This document shows positions 1-10,005 of a DNA stretch of 64,000 nt, one piece after another; within the stretch, counting starts at the first letter, position 1; every line of letters starts with the position of its first letter. The translations under genes and the position numbers were made by a program. A model generated the notes under the pieces. That model saw nothing but the letters and a program-made list of their open reading frames with translations, was not told the DNA's origin and searched no databases. The stretch comes from an uncultured Acidobacteriota bacterium (lineage in GTDB: Bacteria > Acidobacteriota > Vicinamibacteria > Vicinamibacterales > 2-12-FULL-66-21), in NCBI GenBank assembly GCA_963773005.1, contig CAVYZR010000004.1, positions 20,398-84,397 of the forward strand, given 5' to 3'.

Positions 1-91
1 GCGAGGTATTTAGCGGTGTGCCGACGCCGATGAGCTCGGACGCGGCGAACGCGAGTTCGAAGCGACCAGCCGCGACTCGCTTGCGAAAACG

Positions 92-562
92 TTGAGCGGC
101 GTCGATACTGAGGTCGACGGACCTGAGATGGGTCACAGCATGACGCAACTGATCGAGTCGGTGCTCGGCGGAGGCGGCCAGATGGGCGAACTTATGCGCG
201 CGGTCGACTGGTCAACGACTGCGCTCGGCCCGCTGGAGCAGTGGCCGCAATCGCTGAGAATCTGCGTACAGATTATCCTGGGTTCCGGCTATCCGATGAC
301 CATCTGCTGGGGGCCGGACTACACGCTGCTGTACAACGACGCGCAACGAGTGCTGTTTGGAACAAAGCACCCTGCGGCGTTGGGTCGTCGCACCAGGGAA
401 ATGTTTTCCGAGGCGTGGGACTCCGTCGGGCCGCTGTACGACAGGGTCATGAGGCACGGTCAGGCCTATACCACTCTTGCCGACCAGCTCTTCCCGCTGA
501 ACCGGAACAACTACCTCGAAGAGTGTTACTTCGCACTTTCGTACCAGCCCGATTCCGGATGA
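92..562 (+). CDS. N-terminal PAS-type sensor fragment of a frameshifted hybrid histidine kinase (continues in 582..2393)
   Basis: The ORF carries the GPLEQWPQSLR box and a PAS core. It stops at ...CYFALSYQPDSG*, but the next frame reads SPIPDDSGHVGGVFVTGID. Dropping one base near 544-545 restores the canonical FSYSPI-D-G-V-GGVF PAS motif and joins the downstream ORF. The real start is probably ATG 128 or 140. Confidence 0.75.
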   Translation: MSGVDTEVDGPEMGHSMTQLIESVLGGGGQMGELMRAVDWSTTALGPLEQWPQSLRICVQIILGSGYPMTICWGPDYTLLYNDAQRVLFGTKHPAALGRRTREMFSEAWDSVGPLYDRVMRHGQAYTTLADQLFPLNRNNYLEECYFALSYQPDSG

Positions 563-581
563 CAGCGGTCACGTCGGCGGC

Positions 582-2393
582 GTGTTCGTGACGGGGATAG
601 ACACGACTGAACGAGTGATCGAAGATCGACGCCGACAGGTGCTACGCGATGTGGCATCTCAAACGCCAGAAGCGCGATACGAGGACGATGTCTGGCGGGT
701 CAGCGCGGACACTCTCGGCGAACATCGCCTGGCTGTCCCGTTCGCATTCCTTTATGCGTGTCGCCCCACTGAACGTAAAGCGTATCTGGTAGGCCCCAGC
801 GCCAAACCCGACGCGTTGGATCCTTCGGTTATCGACTGCACGAGCCAGAATCTCTGGGGATTCGAGACCGCACTGTCAGGAGAAGGGATCGTCGTCGAAC
901 TTGGCCAGCGCGCCTCGCTGCTGCCGAGCATTAGTTGGCCCGTACCGCCGGACAAAGCTGCAGTTGTGCCGATTCGGCTTCGCGAGCAGAGCGACGCGGC
1001 GGGGTTCTTGGTTCTAGGAATCCATCCGGGCCGAGCCTTCGACGATACATACCGCCAATTCGTCCGTCGGATCGCCGAACAGATTGCTATCGGGCTGGCC
1101 AGCGCTCGCGCATACGAGCTGCAGCTGCAGCGCGCGGACGCGCTGGCCGAAATCGATCGCGCCAAGACCGCGTTCTTCAGCAACGTCAGCCATGAGTTCC
1201 GCACACCGCTGCAACTGATGCTGGGTCCGCTCGAGGAAGTGCTCCCGGAGGCGGGCGAGCGCCTTGGTCCGGAACGTTACCAACAGTTGCTGACGGCGCG
1301 CCGGAACGCGCTGAGACTACTCAAGCTCGTGAACACGCTCCTGGATTTCTCGCGTCTCGAGGCCGGACGCGTGCAGGCGGTCTATCAGCCGACGGATCTG
1401 GCCGCCCTCACGTCGGACATCGCCAGCATGTTCCGCTCGGCAATCGATGGCGCCGGCCTGCAGTTCTCCGTGGAATGCGAGCACATCGCGGACGCTGTCT
1501 TCGTCGATCGCGGCATGTGGGAGAAGATCGTGTTGAATCTTCTCTCCAACGCTTTCAAGTTCACGTTCGAGGGCGAGGTGGCGATCTCGCTGAAGCTTGT
1601 GAAGGGCGCTGTGGAATTGCAGGTCCGCGATACCGGCGTGGGGATTCCCGACGACCAACGCGAGAAGGTGTTCGAGCGCTTTCATCGCATCGAGCGCACG
1701 TCTGCCAGAACGCATGAAGGCACGGGGATCGGACTGGCCCTCGTTCAAGAACTGGTTAGACTGCACGGCGGCAGCGTGGACGTGAAGAGCGCGGTTGGCG
1801 TCGGCAGCACCTTTACCTTGACAATTCCGCGTGGCAAGGAGCATCTCCCGGCGGAGTCTATTCACGCTGAACAATCGCCCGCCTCGAGCGAACTTCGAGC
1901 CGAAGCGTATGTCGAGGAAGCTCTGCGGTGGGTGCCAGACGCGTCGAGCGCGCCTGTCGATGTGCCCATGCTTGCGAAACTGTCGTCGCTCGGCTCCTCG
2001 CCTGAGGCCGTTCTCGGGTCGGAACGGGAACTGATCGTTCTGGCCGATGACAACGCAGACATGCGCGAATACCTCACGCGGCTGCTCAGCGATCGATATG
2101 AGGTGCGCGCGGTGGCGGATGGCCACCAAGCGCTGGACGTCGCGCGCCAGTTGCGCCCTGCTTTGGTGTTGGCCGACGTCATGATGCCGCAGCTGGATGG
2201 GTTTGGCCTGTTGCGAGCAATTCGCGAGGACTCGGCCCTCTGCAGCACGCCAGTGATCTTGGTTTCTGCGCGAGCGGGCGAGGAATCGCGTGTCGAAGGA
2301 CTCCAGGCCAACGCCGACGACTATCTCGTGAAGCCGTTCCCCACCTCGCTGCGCGCTCGCCCTTCGGCTCGCTTGCGGCCGCAGGCGCTCTGA
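582..2393 (+). CDS. Hybrid sensor histidine kinase body: GAF-like region, HisKA, HATPase_c, receiver domain
   Basis: H-box FFSNVSHEFRTPL. ATP-lid boxes NAFKFT, DTGVGIP and GTGIGLALV. Receiver motifs DDNADMREY, ADVMMPQLDG and YLVKPF. GTG 582 is only the first in-frame start after the frameshift. The last ~17 codons lie inside a repeat element. Confidence 0.9.
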   Translation: MFVTGIDTTERVIEDRRRQVLRDVASQTPEARYEDDVWRVSADTLGEHRLAVPFAFLYACRPTERKAYLVGPSAKPDALDPSVIDCTSQNLWGFETALSGEGIVVELGQRASLLPSISWPVPPDKAAVVPIRLREQSDAAGFLVLGIHPGRAFDDTYRQFVRRIAEQIAIGLASARAYELQLQRADALAEIDRAKTAFFSNVSHEFRTPLQLMLGPLEEVLPEAGERLGPERYQQLLTARRNALRLLKLVNTLLDFSRLEAGRVQAVYQPTDLAALTSDIASMFRSAIDGAGLQFSVECEHIADAVFVDRGMWEKIVLNLLSNAFKFTFEGEVAISLKLVKGAVELQVRDTGVGIPDDQREKVFERFHRIERTSARTHEGTGIGLALVQELVRLHGGSVDVKSAVGVGSTFTLTIPRGKEHLPAESIHAEQSPASSELRAEAYVEEALRWVPDASSAPVDVPMLAKLSSLGSSPEAVLGSERELIVLADDNADMREYLTRLLSDRYEVRAVADGHQALDVARQLRPALVLADVMMPQLDGFGLLRAIREDSALCSTPVILVSARAGEESRVEGLQANADDYLVKPFPTSLRARPSARLRPQAL

Positions 2394-2483
2394 CCTTCAT
2401 GCTCGGTCGGGCCCCTTCACGTTCCCCACCTCGCTGCGCGCTCGCCTTTCGGCTCGCTTGCACGCGCTCGCTTGCACCTTCAC
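2336..2483 (+). repeat. R-element, about 1.7 tandem copies (core gttccccacctcgctgcgcgctcgcc-ttcggctcgcttgc ... ccttcac)
   Basis: The core is at 2336-2376 and repeats at 2421-2461 with one mismatch. A third copy at 20254-20323 shares gctcggt-gggccccttcacgttccccacctcgctgcgcgctcgcctt almost exactly. Confidence 0.85.
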
Positions 2484-2701
2484 TCGTTCGCCCTCGTCGC
2501 CACCAGGCCCCGAACTGATGGCCGTGGGATTCGTCCCGTTCGGATTGAAATGAGACCGGTGACATGCGGGCACGGTCTCTGCAGTTGCTCGGAGCGCCCA
2601 TGTCTTATGCCGCGCTTGTCGGTAGTGAATCGTCACGAAGCAGCGCTTTTCCTCGACGCCCGGACCCCGATTGCGCGGGTCAAGAATGTCAGCGACCGGT
2701 C

Positions 2702-5461
2702 TCAAACAGACATATCCTCCCATCGCTTCACGGAATAGTGCAGCGGCTTAGTCCAGAGACTCTCGAGCCCTTCGAGGATGTCGGATGCCCAGCCAAACAC
2801 GTTCCGGCCCGCGACGATCCGGCGCTGCGCGATCATGCGCCCCCTACGCTCCTCACGCGGCATGTCGATCGCCTTCGCGAGCGCGTCGGCAAAGCCGTCG
2901 ACGTCGTAGGGATTGATGATCAACGCATCGTGCAGCTCTTGCGCCGCGCCCGCGAGCGCGCTCAGCACGAGGACCCCATCCTCATCGTCACGTGCGGCAA
3001 CGAATTCCTTCGCGACCAGGTTCATGCCGTCGTGCAGGGAGCTGACGATGCAGAATTGCGCGAGACGATACAGCGCGACAAGACTGGCGGTCGTCAGGGC
3101 GGTCTTATGATACGAGACAACGGGTGGACCGCCGCGAATGGCGTGGCGCGCATTGATGTTGGCAACCGCCTGGCTGATTTCAGCCTCGATCGCGACATAG
3201 CTCTCCAGCTCTGAGCGCGATGGCACTCCGATCTGGAGGAACGTCAGGTTGCCACGAAGCTCGGGGCGACGAATCATCAAGGTATCGATGGCGGCCAGGC
3301 GCTCGGGGATGCCCTTCGTGTAATCCAGACGATCGACGCCGAGGCCCAGGATCGGCGCCCGCAGATTCAGGAGCTCGATCAGTCGATGCTGTTCCACCGG
3401 GAGCGCAGGATCCGCCGCCATCGCCTGTATGCGATCGTAGTCGACGCCAATCGGTACTGACACGACCGTGGTCGAACGGCCAGCAAAATGGACGCGGGAT
3501 GATTCGGTCTCGACTTCGGCCTGAAGCTCCTCCTCGACCGCACGCACAAAGTTGTCGCGATCGCGCTCCAACTGGAAGGCGAGCAGATCGTTGCCGAGAA
3601 GCCCGGCGAGCAGCTCACGGCGCCACGGGCAAATGCGAAGGCGATCAGGGTAGGGCCACGGGATGTGCCAGAACAAGGCCGTCCTGGCGTCGGACCGAAC
3701 CGCCCGAAGGTGTGGCGCGACGAGCGCCAAATGGTAATCCTGAATGAACACGGGCGCTGTCGACGGCCCGAGCTCCGTGTGAACGGCCGCAGCAAACCGA
3801 CCGTTGATGTCCTGATAGGCGGCCCAGTCCTCGGCACGGAATTTCGGCCGCACGTCGACGACGTGACAGAGCGGCCATAAGCCTTCGTTGGCGAAACCAC
3901 CGTAGTAGGCGGAGAACGTCGGCTCCTCCAGCCAGAGCCGTCGAAGCGTGTAGGACGGGCTCTCGGGTGGGACGCGCACGTGATCTGTGGCGTCGACGAC
4001 CCGACGGTCCGCCGAGCCAGCGCCATGCGCAATCCAGACGCCACCCCTCTCCCTCATCAACGCATCGAGCGCGATGGCGACACCACCCGTCGCGGCATTC
4101 GCGACAATCTGACCGTCTGCAGCCTCTGTGTGCAGATAGGGCTCGCGGTTGGACACGACCACGAGGGGTCTCGGCACGTGGGCATCGACCTCTCGGGCGC
4201 GCGCGAGTCCCTGCCGGAACACGATCGGTCCGACGAGCTCGTGGATCGCGATCAGCCCTACCAACACCAACTGGATTTGCGTCCCCCATCCTGGAAACTC
4301 TGCGGCGACGACCGAGGCGAACCCAAGGGTAATCCCTGACTGTGACACGAAACCCGTCCAGGCGTACTTCCCGAGCCGCTCGTCCAAACCTGCGAGTCGC
4401 CACCCGATACGCAGGCCGGTGTGGATGAGAGCTATTCGCACTACGGACACGCTCAGGGCGACATACCCGATAGCGGCCAGCGCATCCAGCCGGAGAGACG
4501 AACCGACAGCCGCAAAAAACACGACCAGCACCGGAGGGGCGCCACGCTGCACCGCTGCACGCAGCGTGTCTCCCTGTGCGACCGCCAGGTTCTCGATGAC
4601 CAGTCCGGCGGCCACCGCGGCAAGGAGCGGCTCGAACTCCTGCGTAGTTCCGACTTGGCTCAGGACAATGCAGACGCCGAGCAGCACCAGCGTGACTTCG
4701 CGGCCGATGTAGCGCATATACAGCGCGAAGAGCGCGCCGATCAGGACGCCAAATGCGACGGCACCACCGATCTGCCAGGCGAATCGAACGAGGATAGCCG
4801 TGTCCGCGCCGCCCGGGTCCCTGAACGCCAGGCGCGCGATCTGCATCAGAAAGGAGAACGAGACGAGCACGGCCAGGTCGGCAAGCACGACCATCGCGAG
4901 AACCGTCTCGCTCAGGCGGCCTCGCGCCCCGGTGTCGGTGATCACCGCCGCGGTCATCGTCGGAGAGAAACTGACGACGATCACGACGAACAGCGCGAGC
5001 ATCGCCAACTTCACACCGCCGGTGGCACTGGGTGCGATCGGCAGCCAGGACCACGCGATCCAGAGCAGGACGGCAAGACCGGCCATAGTGAGACCCAGCA
5101 TGACGGCTGTCATCTGCACGATAGCCGCAAGCCGTCGGCCCATGCGCTCGAGATTGAGGGTCAATCCCGCGATCAGCGCGATGAGGGTGGTGGCGATCCC
5201 GGTGATGACCTGGAGTTGGCCAGCCATCGATTCGGTGATGACATTCGCCACCTGTGGGCCGGCAACGATTCCGAAGAGGAGATAGCCCGTCAACCGCGGA
5301 AGGTTGAAGCGTCGCAGCAGGTCGCCGGTGACCCAGGCACCGACGAGCGCGAAGCCCAGGACGAGCGCGGTACCTGCCGATCCTGTTGGCCCCGCCGAGC
5401 CGAGCCCGCGCACCCAGATCACGGCACCAGCCGTCAACACCAGCGCCGCGATGCGACTCAC
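2702..5461 (-). CDS. otsA: Fusion protein: CPA2/Kef-type cation:proton antiporter membrane domain plus GT20 trehalose-6-phosphate synthase domain
   Basis: The N-terminal multi-TM region ([16 protein letters not shown]...) joins at about nt 4150 to an OtsA-type domain ([36 protein letters not shown]). The ORF-track start at 5644 overlaps the upstream gene. GTG 5461 forms a GTGA overlap with that gene's stop, so I place the start there. Confidence 0.85.
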   Translation of the reverse strand: MSRIAALVLTAGAVIWVRGLGSAGPTGSAGTALVLGFALVGAWVTGDLLRRFNLPRLTGYLLFGIVAGPQVANVITESMAGQLQVITGIATTLIALIAGLTLNLERMGRRLAAIVQMTAVMLGLTMAGLAVLLWIAWSWLPIAPSATGGVKLAMLALFVVIVVSFSPTMTAAVITDTGARGRLSETVLAMVVLADLAVLVSFSFLMQIARLAFRDPGGADTAILVRFAWQIGGAVAFGVLIGALFALYMRYIGREVTLVLLGVCIVLSQVGTTQEFEPLLAAVAAGLVIENLAVAQGDTLRAAVQRGAPPVLVVFFAAVGSSLRLDALAAIGYVALSVSVVRIALIHTGLRIGWRLAGLDERLGKYAWTGFVSQSGITLGFASVVAAEFPGWGTQIQLVLVGLIAIHELVGPIVFRQGLARAREVDAHVPRPLVVVSNREPYLHTEAADGQIVANAATGGVAIALDALMRERGGVWIAHGAGSADRRVVDATDHVRVPPESPSYTLRRLWLEEPTFSAYYGGFANEGLWPLCHVVDVRPKFRAEDWAAYQDINGRFAAAVHTELGPSTAPVFIQDYHLALVAPHLRAVRSDARTALFWHIPWPYPDRLRICPWRRELLAGLLGNDLLAFQLERDRDNFVRAVEEELQAEVETESSRVHFAGRSTTVVSVPIGVDYDRIQAMAADPALPVEQHRLIELLNLRAPILGLGVDRLDYTKGIPERLAAIDTLMIRRPELRGNLTFLQIGVPSRSELESYVAIEAEISQAVANINARHAIRGGPPVVSYHKTALTTASLVALYRLAQFCIVSSLHDGMNLVAKEFVAARDDEDGVLVLSALAGAAQELHDALIINPYDVDGFADALAKAIDMPREERRGRMIAQRRIVAGRNVFGWASDILEGLESLWTKPLHYSVKRWEDMSV

Positions 5462-6645
5462 GCGCTCACCACAGGATCGCTCTCGGAGGCGCGGACGTTG
5501 CGTGTTCGGGCGAGCTCGGCAGTGATTTCGGAGCCAATCGTGCCGAGGACAACAATGGTCAGCAGAACGACCGCGTCGGGACCGACGACACGAACGATGT
5601 TGAGCGCAAGGGCGACGCCAAAGACGCCTGGCGACAGAAGCCACACGACCGCAGTCCGCGGCACGTCAGCGGCGGCCATCCGCGTGGCAATGGCACCGCC
5701 AAGAAGCTTTGCCGTCAGGCGGAGGAGGACATAGGCGGCTGCTGCGCCTGACGCGGCGACCGAGAGCTCGGTTCGTGCGCCCGCAACAACGAGCACCAGC
5801 ACGAGGAGCGAATGCTGTGTGTACAGCACGTCGCTACGGAGAGACTCGCGCGCTTGGCCGCCGGCGGCCTGCCAGACCAGTCCGGCCACCAGGCCACAGA
5901 AGAGCGCGGACATCGACAGGTAATCCGCGACTCCGCCAATCAGCAACATCGCGGCGAGAGCAAAGACTCGCTGCTCTGTCTCAGACACCGTCCGAGCGAG
6001 CAGGAGCCACACGCCTGCGGACAGCACCGCAGTGATGACGATGACCTGCCCGACGAGTGCGAGTGCCGCGAAGACGCCGCCCGGGTGAAAGACCCCGAGA
6101 AGGAGCCCACCCGCCAGAATCGGAAGAAGGGCGTCAAGCTCGAGAAGTCTCGCCCGGACTGCCTCCGGCCCGTCTGGCGCGGAGGCCGGCACCGACAGTG
6201 AAGAAGCGGCGCAGACGCCGAGCGATCCGGCAATTATCCACAGCGGAAGGGTTCCGTGGGCCAACACTGATGGCGGCACCACCGCCAGCGGCACGGTCAC
6301 GAGCAGCGCAGCGAGTGCCGACTGTAGGAGGCTCACAGCGACCGTGCTCCGGCCCTGCCTGCCACGCACCTCGGTGCTCAAACCGACGAGCGCTCCAAGC
6401 GCTGCAAGTGCGACCGGTATGGCTGGATCGAGAAGCGAGAGGACGCCGGACGGGAACACGCTGATGCCGCGGGGGCCAAGGATCATGCCAACAATCAGCA
6501 GCGAGGCAACGGGCACCGAGGATGCCGACCACCCAGCCAGAGGCATGCGCGATGGACGGTGTTCACCCGGCCGCTCGGGCACGACGGTGACGTCGTCGAG
6601 CTGTGCGTCTAGTGGATCGTAGCCGCCCAGCTTGAGAGACGTCAT
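5458..6645 (-). CDS. Multi-pass membrane protein, Na+/H+-exchanger (CPA)-like
   Basis: About 10-11 hydrophobic segments. The motif LLIVGMILGPRGISVF resembles the first CPA helix motif. ATGA overlap with the upstream gene and GTGA overlap with the downstream gene. Confidence 0.7.
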   Translation of the reverse strand: MTSLKLGGYDPLDAQLDDVTVVPERPGEHRPSRMPLAGWSASSVPVASLLIVGMILGPRGISVFPSGVLSLLDPAIPVALAALGALVGLSTEVRGRQGRSTVAVSLLQSALAALLVTVPLAVVPPSVLAHGTLPLWIIAGSLGVCAASSLSVPASAPDGPEAVRARLLELDALLPILAGGLLLGVFHPGGVFAALALVGQVIVITAVLSAGVWLLLARTVSETEQRVFALAAMLLIGGVADYLSMSALFCGLVAGLVWQAAGGQARESLRSDVLYTQHSLLVLVLVVAGARTELSVAASGAAAAYVLLRLTAKLLGGAIATRMAAADVPRTAVVWLLSPGVFGVALALNIVRVVGPDAVVLLTIVVLGTIGSEITAELARTRNVRASESDPVVSA

Positions 6646-7919
6646 CGAGTGAGCGTCATGACGAGGTGCGTCGCACCCCGCGTCACGCCTACGAGCACGG
6701 GCGTCTGCTCGCGCGCTGACATGAACGCCGCGCGCACCTGGGCGGGCGACGGCGACGAGAAATCCCCCATGAGCGTGATCACGTCTCCGGCCGTGAGGCC
6801 GCCGCGTGCCGCAGCTGATCCTGGTTCGACCGCCAGAAGCTCCGTGCCCCGCGAGACTCGACGCATGCGCAACCCGAGCGCTGCGGTTGGTTCGGGAGGA
6901 ATCTCTGGCGCTGGCGCGGTCAGCGACACGTCCGTCAGCTCACGGTGTCGTCGGATCCGCAGCGCCAGCACATCACCGGCGCCAAGGCGGGCAATGCGGA
7001 CGCGCCACTGCTCCGGTGTCAGCACCGCATGGCCCGAAGACGCTTCGATGACGTCCCCGATGACCAGTGCATCGGCGGCAGGTCCTTGCGGATCAACCCA
7101 GCTCACAACCACGCCTACGTCAGCACCTGTGGCCGCAGACAGATCGGTTGTGAGCGGCTGCACGTGGATTCCGAGATGGCCCGCTTGCGTGACCGGCCCC
7201 CTGATCAGGCGTTCCGCTTCCGCGAAGACCGTGTTCGACGGCACAATCACACGGCGCCCGGCGTACTCCGTGACTAAGCCGACGAACTCGCCGGCGGTCG
7301 TGAACACAATGACGCCAACCGGAATCTCGTGGGAGTTAATCGCCCAGATAGGCTCAGCCCACAGCGCGTTGGGCAACGGCTCGAGAGAGCCGACGAACAC
7401 CGGCCGCAGGGTGATCCGTTCAGTCGATGCCTCGGTGGCTATCAGATACTGCGGCCGCTCGAGCCGTCGAGGCACCCAGCGCGCCAGCGAAGGCATCGAA
7501 GAGGCGGTTGGTACGCGAACAACGCTCAACCCCGACGCCGCGTCAGTCGCAACCACCAGTCCACGACTGTTCAACGCTTCTGATGGCCCGTCCATGAGTA
7601 GCGCAATCGCCAAATCGTCGCGAAGCCGCAGGGCAATCACCCCTGACTGCGCCGACAATCGATCACGACTCCCGTTCAAGACCACCAACGAGGATTCGAG
7701 GCGGCCTTGTACCTGGAATACTTCGGATGCCAATGACTCCAACGTCGGCGGGGCGGCCAGTTGCGAGAGAAGCGGCGAGACAGGATTGGGCGCTGCGGGC
7801 AGATCGGGAAAGCGAATCCGCGCGAGTATCCATAGCGCAGCTGCGGCCACCAGTGCGGTGGTCAGCAACAGGCGGGTTTCACGTGAGACCCGAGGCCGAT
7901 ACGAAGGCGTGGCTTCCAT
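6642..7919 (-). CDS. Membrane-anchored HtrA/DegP-like protein with two PDZ domains and an apparently degenerate protease domain
   Basis: N-terminal TM helix. Two PDZ-like segments (GVVVSWVDPQGPAADALVIGDVI and LLAVEPGSAAARGGLTAGDVI). No GNSGG catalytic-Ser motif is visible; FTTAGEFVG occupies the equivalent position. Confidence 0.7.
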   Translation of the reverse strand: MEATPSYRPRVSRETRLLLTTALVAAAALWILARIRFPDLPAAPNPVSPLLSQLAAPPTLESLASEVFQVQGRLESSLVVLNGSRDRLSAQSGVIALRLRDDLAIALLMDGPSEALNSRGLVVATDAASGLSVVRVPTASSMPSLARWVPRRLERPQYLIATEASTERITLRPVFVGSLEPLPNALWAEPIWAINSHEIPVGVIVFTTAGEFVGLVTEYAGRRVIVPSNTVFAEAERLIRGPVTQAGHLGIHVQPLTTDLSAATGADVGVVVSWVDPQGPAADALVIGDVIEASSGHAVLTPEQWRVRIARLGAGDVLALRIRRHRELTDVSLTAPAPEIPPEPTAALGLRMRRVSRGTELLAVEPGSAAARGGLTAGDVITLMGDFSSPSPAQVRAAFMSAREQTPVLVGVTRGATHLVMTLTR

Positions 7920-8269
7920 GGAATCGTCGGCGCCTCCCTAGCCTACCTGATGATGGAACTTCCGAGGCGAAAGCCTCCCGTATCATCCACAGGCGGTTCA
8001 GCCGCTTCATCGTTGAGTAAATAGAACCGCAGCATCCGCGTCTATCGGGCAAAGGGGGGAGACAGTTGCGTATCGTCATCGCCGGCGGGGGCGAAGTGGG
8101 CTACCGATTGTCCCAAGCGGCTGAAGCTCGCAGGCGTAGAGAGCCGTGGTGGGCGGGGGCTAACCGTGATCGCGAACGCGCCGAACCCAGCCGGGTCAGG
8201 ACACTCGGTCCCTCAGAACAGGCCCGTGAACCTTTCGGCCTGTTCTGCGACTACAGCGATAGAGCCATT

Positions 8270-8828
8270 GTGCAGACCAGCGAACACCACCCCACCGACG
8301 ACGAGCTCCTGGCGGTACGTTGCCAGCTCGGTGAACCTGCAGCGTTCGACGAGTTAATCGCGCGCTGGCACGCTCCACTCTGGTCGTTCGTCCGTCGCCT
8401 GGTCGGCGACGACGACGCGGCAAGGGAGATCTTTCAGGATGTCTGGGTCCGAGTGATTCGCGGCATCCCGCGGCTCCGTGACGGGTCCAAGCTTCGGGCC
8501 TGGCTGTTCGGCATCGCGCGACGGACACTGATGGATCGCCTTCGCCAGGAGTACGCGCAATCCCCGACGGTCGACGTCGACGTGGACGAGATCGCCGCGG
8601 ACGGGTCTACAGGCGAGGACGCAGAGGAACTTCAGGAAGCTCGAGCGCGCCCTCGCGCTGCTCCCCATCGTCGAGCGGGAAGTATTGACGCTGTTCTATC
8701 TTCAAGAGTTATCCCTCAACGAAGTGGCCGAGGCGTTGACGGTTCCGGTAGGAACGATCAAATCGCGCCTGTTTCGCGCCAAGCGGCTACTGCGGCAGGC
8801 CTTGACCGCACGAGGAATACGTCTATGA
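8270..8828 (+). CDS. ECF (sigma-70 family) RNA polymerase sigma factor, reading frame broken by one extra base near 8635-8638
   Basis: Region 2 (FDELIARWHAPLWSFVRRLVGDDDAAREIFQDVWVRV) is in frame 2. Region 4 (LERALALLPIVEREVLTLFYLQELSLNEVAEALTVPVGTIKSRLFRAKRLL) is in frame 0 and ends at TGA 8826-8828. Removing one g or a from ttcaggaagc gives ...EELQKLERALALLP. The start (GTG 8270) is uncertain. Confidence 0.8.
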
Positions 8829-9322
8829 CTGATCTCACACCGCCGTCTGCATTGGTCGATGACCTTCGCCGCATCACGGCTTCGGAGTTGTCCCGGCCCG
8901 CGCGCATCGGCTACGTCGGTCTTGCGCTGGCGGCATCGATGATGACCGCGATCGTCACCGCGTTATTACTCACCGAGCCGTCGCTGCCGCTCAGGGCTTC
9001 GATCGCGCTTGGCGTCCTGGCCGTGATCGGCGCGAGCTGGGTGGGCTTCGCTATGTGGGTGCTGACGCACAGGCGAATCCTGCTGGGCCGTCATCGCGTC
9101 GTGGCAGGCCGTATGGCGGTTGGGTTCAGCGCCGTGTTCTCTGTCGGAGCCCTGGCCGTGGGATATGCGACGGCAAGCAGAAGCGCGTTCGCGGCTGCCG
9201 CTATGGGCGTGTTCATGATCGTGATTGCGACGGTTGCACTGGCTCGCGCGAAGCGCAGTGTCGAGCAGCTATCGAAACGGCGTGACGAACTCGAACGGCA
9301 ACTCGGACGGAGGCACCAATGA
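8825..9322 (+). CDS. Putative membrane anti-sigma factor (multi-TM, 165 aa)
   Basis: ATG 8825 overlaps the sigma-factor stop (ATGA). The protein has several hydrophobic helices and a C-terminal charged coiled segment. Function is inferred from position only. Confidence 0.6.
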   Translation: MTDLTPPSALVDDLRRITASELSRPARIGYVGLALAASMMTAIVTALLLTEPSLPLRASIALGVLAVIGASWVGFAMWVLTHRRILLGRHRVVAGRMAVGFSAVFSVGALAVGYATASRSAFAAAAMGVFMIVIATVALARAKRSVEQLSKRRDELERQLGRRHQ

Positions 9323-9416
9323 GCGCAGGATCAAGAGTCCGCGGCGCAGCCGTTGCGGCTGTGGTGTTGGCCCTGAACACACACATCGTGCATGGGCAAT
9401 GGCTCGAAGCGGTCTT

Positions 9417-10001
9417 TCATGTTTGTTCCTCGAGCTGGCGAAGGCACTCGGCCAGGTCAAGGCGGTGCCGGCGAAACATGCGCTCGACGTAGCCGCGTCC
9501 ACTTCGGTAAGACCACACCACGGCGGGCACCGAGATCGCCAAGAATCCAGTGAACAACGAGCCCAAGCCATTCCGCCACCAGACCGCGCCGAGGAGGATG
9601 GCAGCCGACAGCACGAAGAAGCCTACGTAGACGGACACGTAGGCGCGGCTGGCCGCATCCACTTTCGTGCGGAGATCGACCAGCGCCTCGTGCAGGCTAC
9701 GGTCGAGTGGCGCCTCATCGATGCGGTGCTGCGCCCACCAGAGCGTCGCCATGACCGCTCCGATCATCAGCACAACGGTGCAGGCGGCCAACACCCGGTT
9801 GAGCGTGAATCCACTCACGAGGCTCGCCGCCAACACCGCGATGAGCGGTGCGTAGTACACCGCTTCTTGCCGCAGGCGGCCTCTCACCTGCCGCCGAAGG
9901 TCCGCGGCCCGGTTCGTAAGCATTCGCATCACTGTCTCCTCTTTCAACGGAGGCAACGAGGACTCCTCGCGCCAGCAGCGCTTGACTACCTCAAGGTCCA
10001 T
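9417..10001 (-). CDS. Putative membrane anti-sigma factor / 4-TM protein
   Basis: ATG 10001 lies 4 nt after the stop of the ECF sigma gene 10006..10506. The protein has four hydrophobic segments. The longer ORF-track N-terminus (to 10097) overlaps the sigma gene. Confidence 0.6.
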   Translation of the reverse strand: MDLEVVKRCWREESSLPPLKEETVMRMLTNRAADLRRQVRGRLRQEAVYYAPLIAVLAASLVSGFTLNRVLAACTVVLMIGAVMATLWWAQHRIDEAPLDRSLHEALVDLRTKVDAASRAYVSVYVGFFVLSAAILLGAVWWRNGLGSLFTGFLAISVPAVVWSYRSGRGYVERMFRRHRLDLAECLRQLEEQT

Positions 10002-10005
10002 CGAA

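Noticed and set aside
3645-5054. Long antisense or alternate-frame ORFs. Examples: 3645..5054 (469 aa), 4421..5734 (437 aa), 6649..7941 (430 aa), 43123..44355 (410 aa), 46385..47380 (331 aa), 49283..50512 (409 aa), 52878..53630 (250 aa).
   Set aside because: They are Arg/Ala/Pro/Gly-rich low-complexity translations overlapping genes with clear family motifs on the other strand or frame. These are typical shadow ORFs of G+C-rich DNA.
8066-9322. A single 418-aa protein predicted by the ORF track.
   Set aside because: It is a composite of a Rossmann-like stump, ECF sigma region 2, out-of-frame read-through of region 4, and the in-frame anti-sigma gene.
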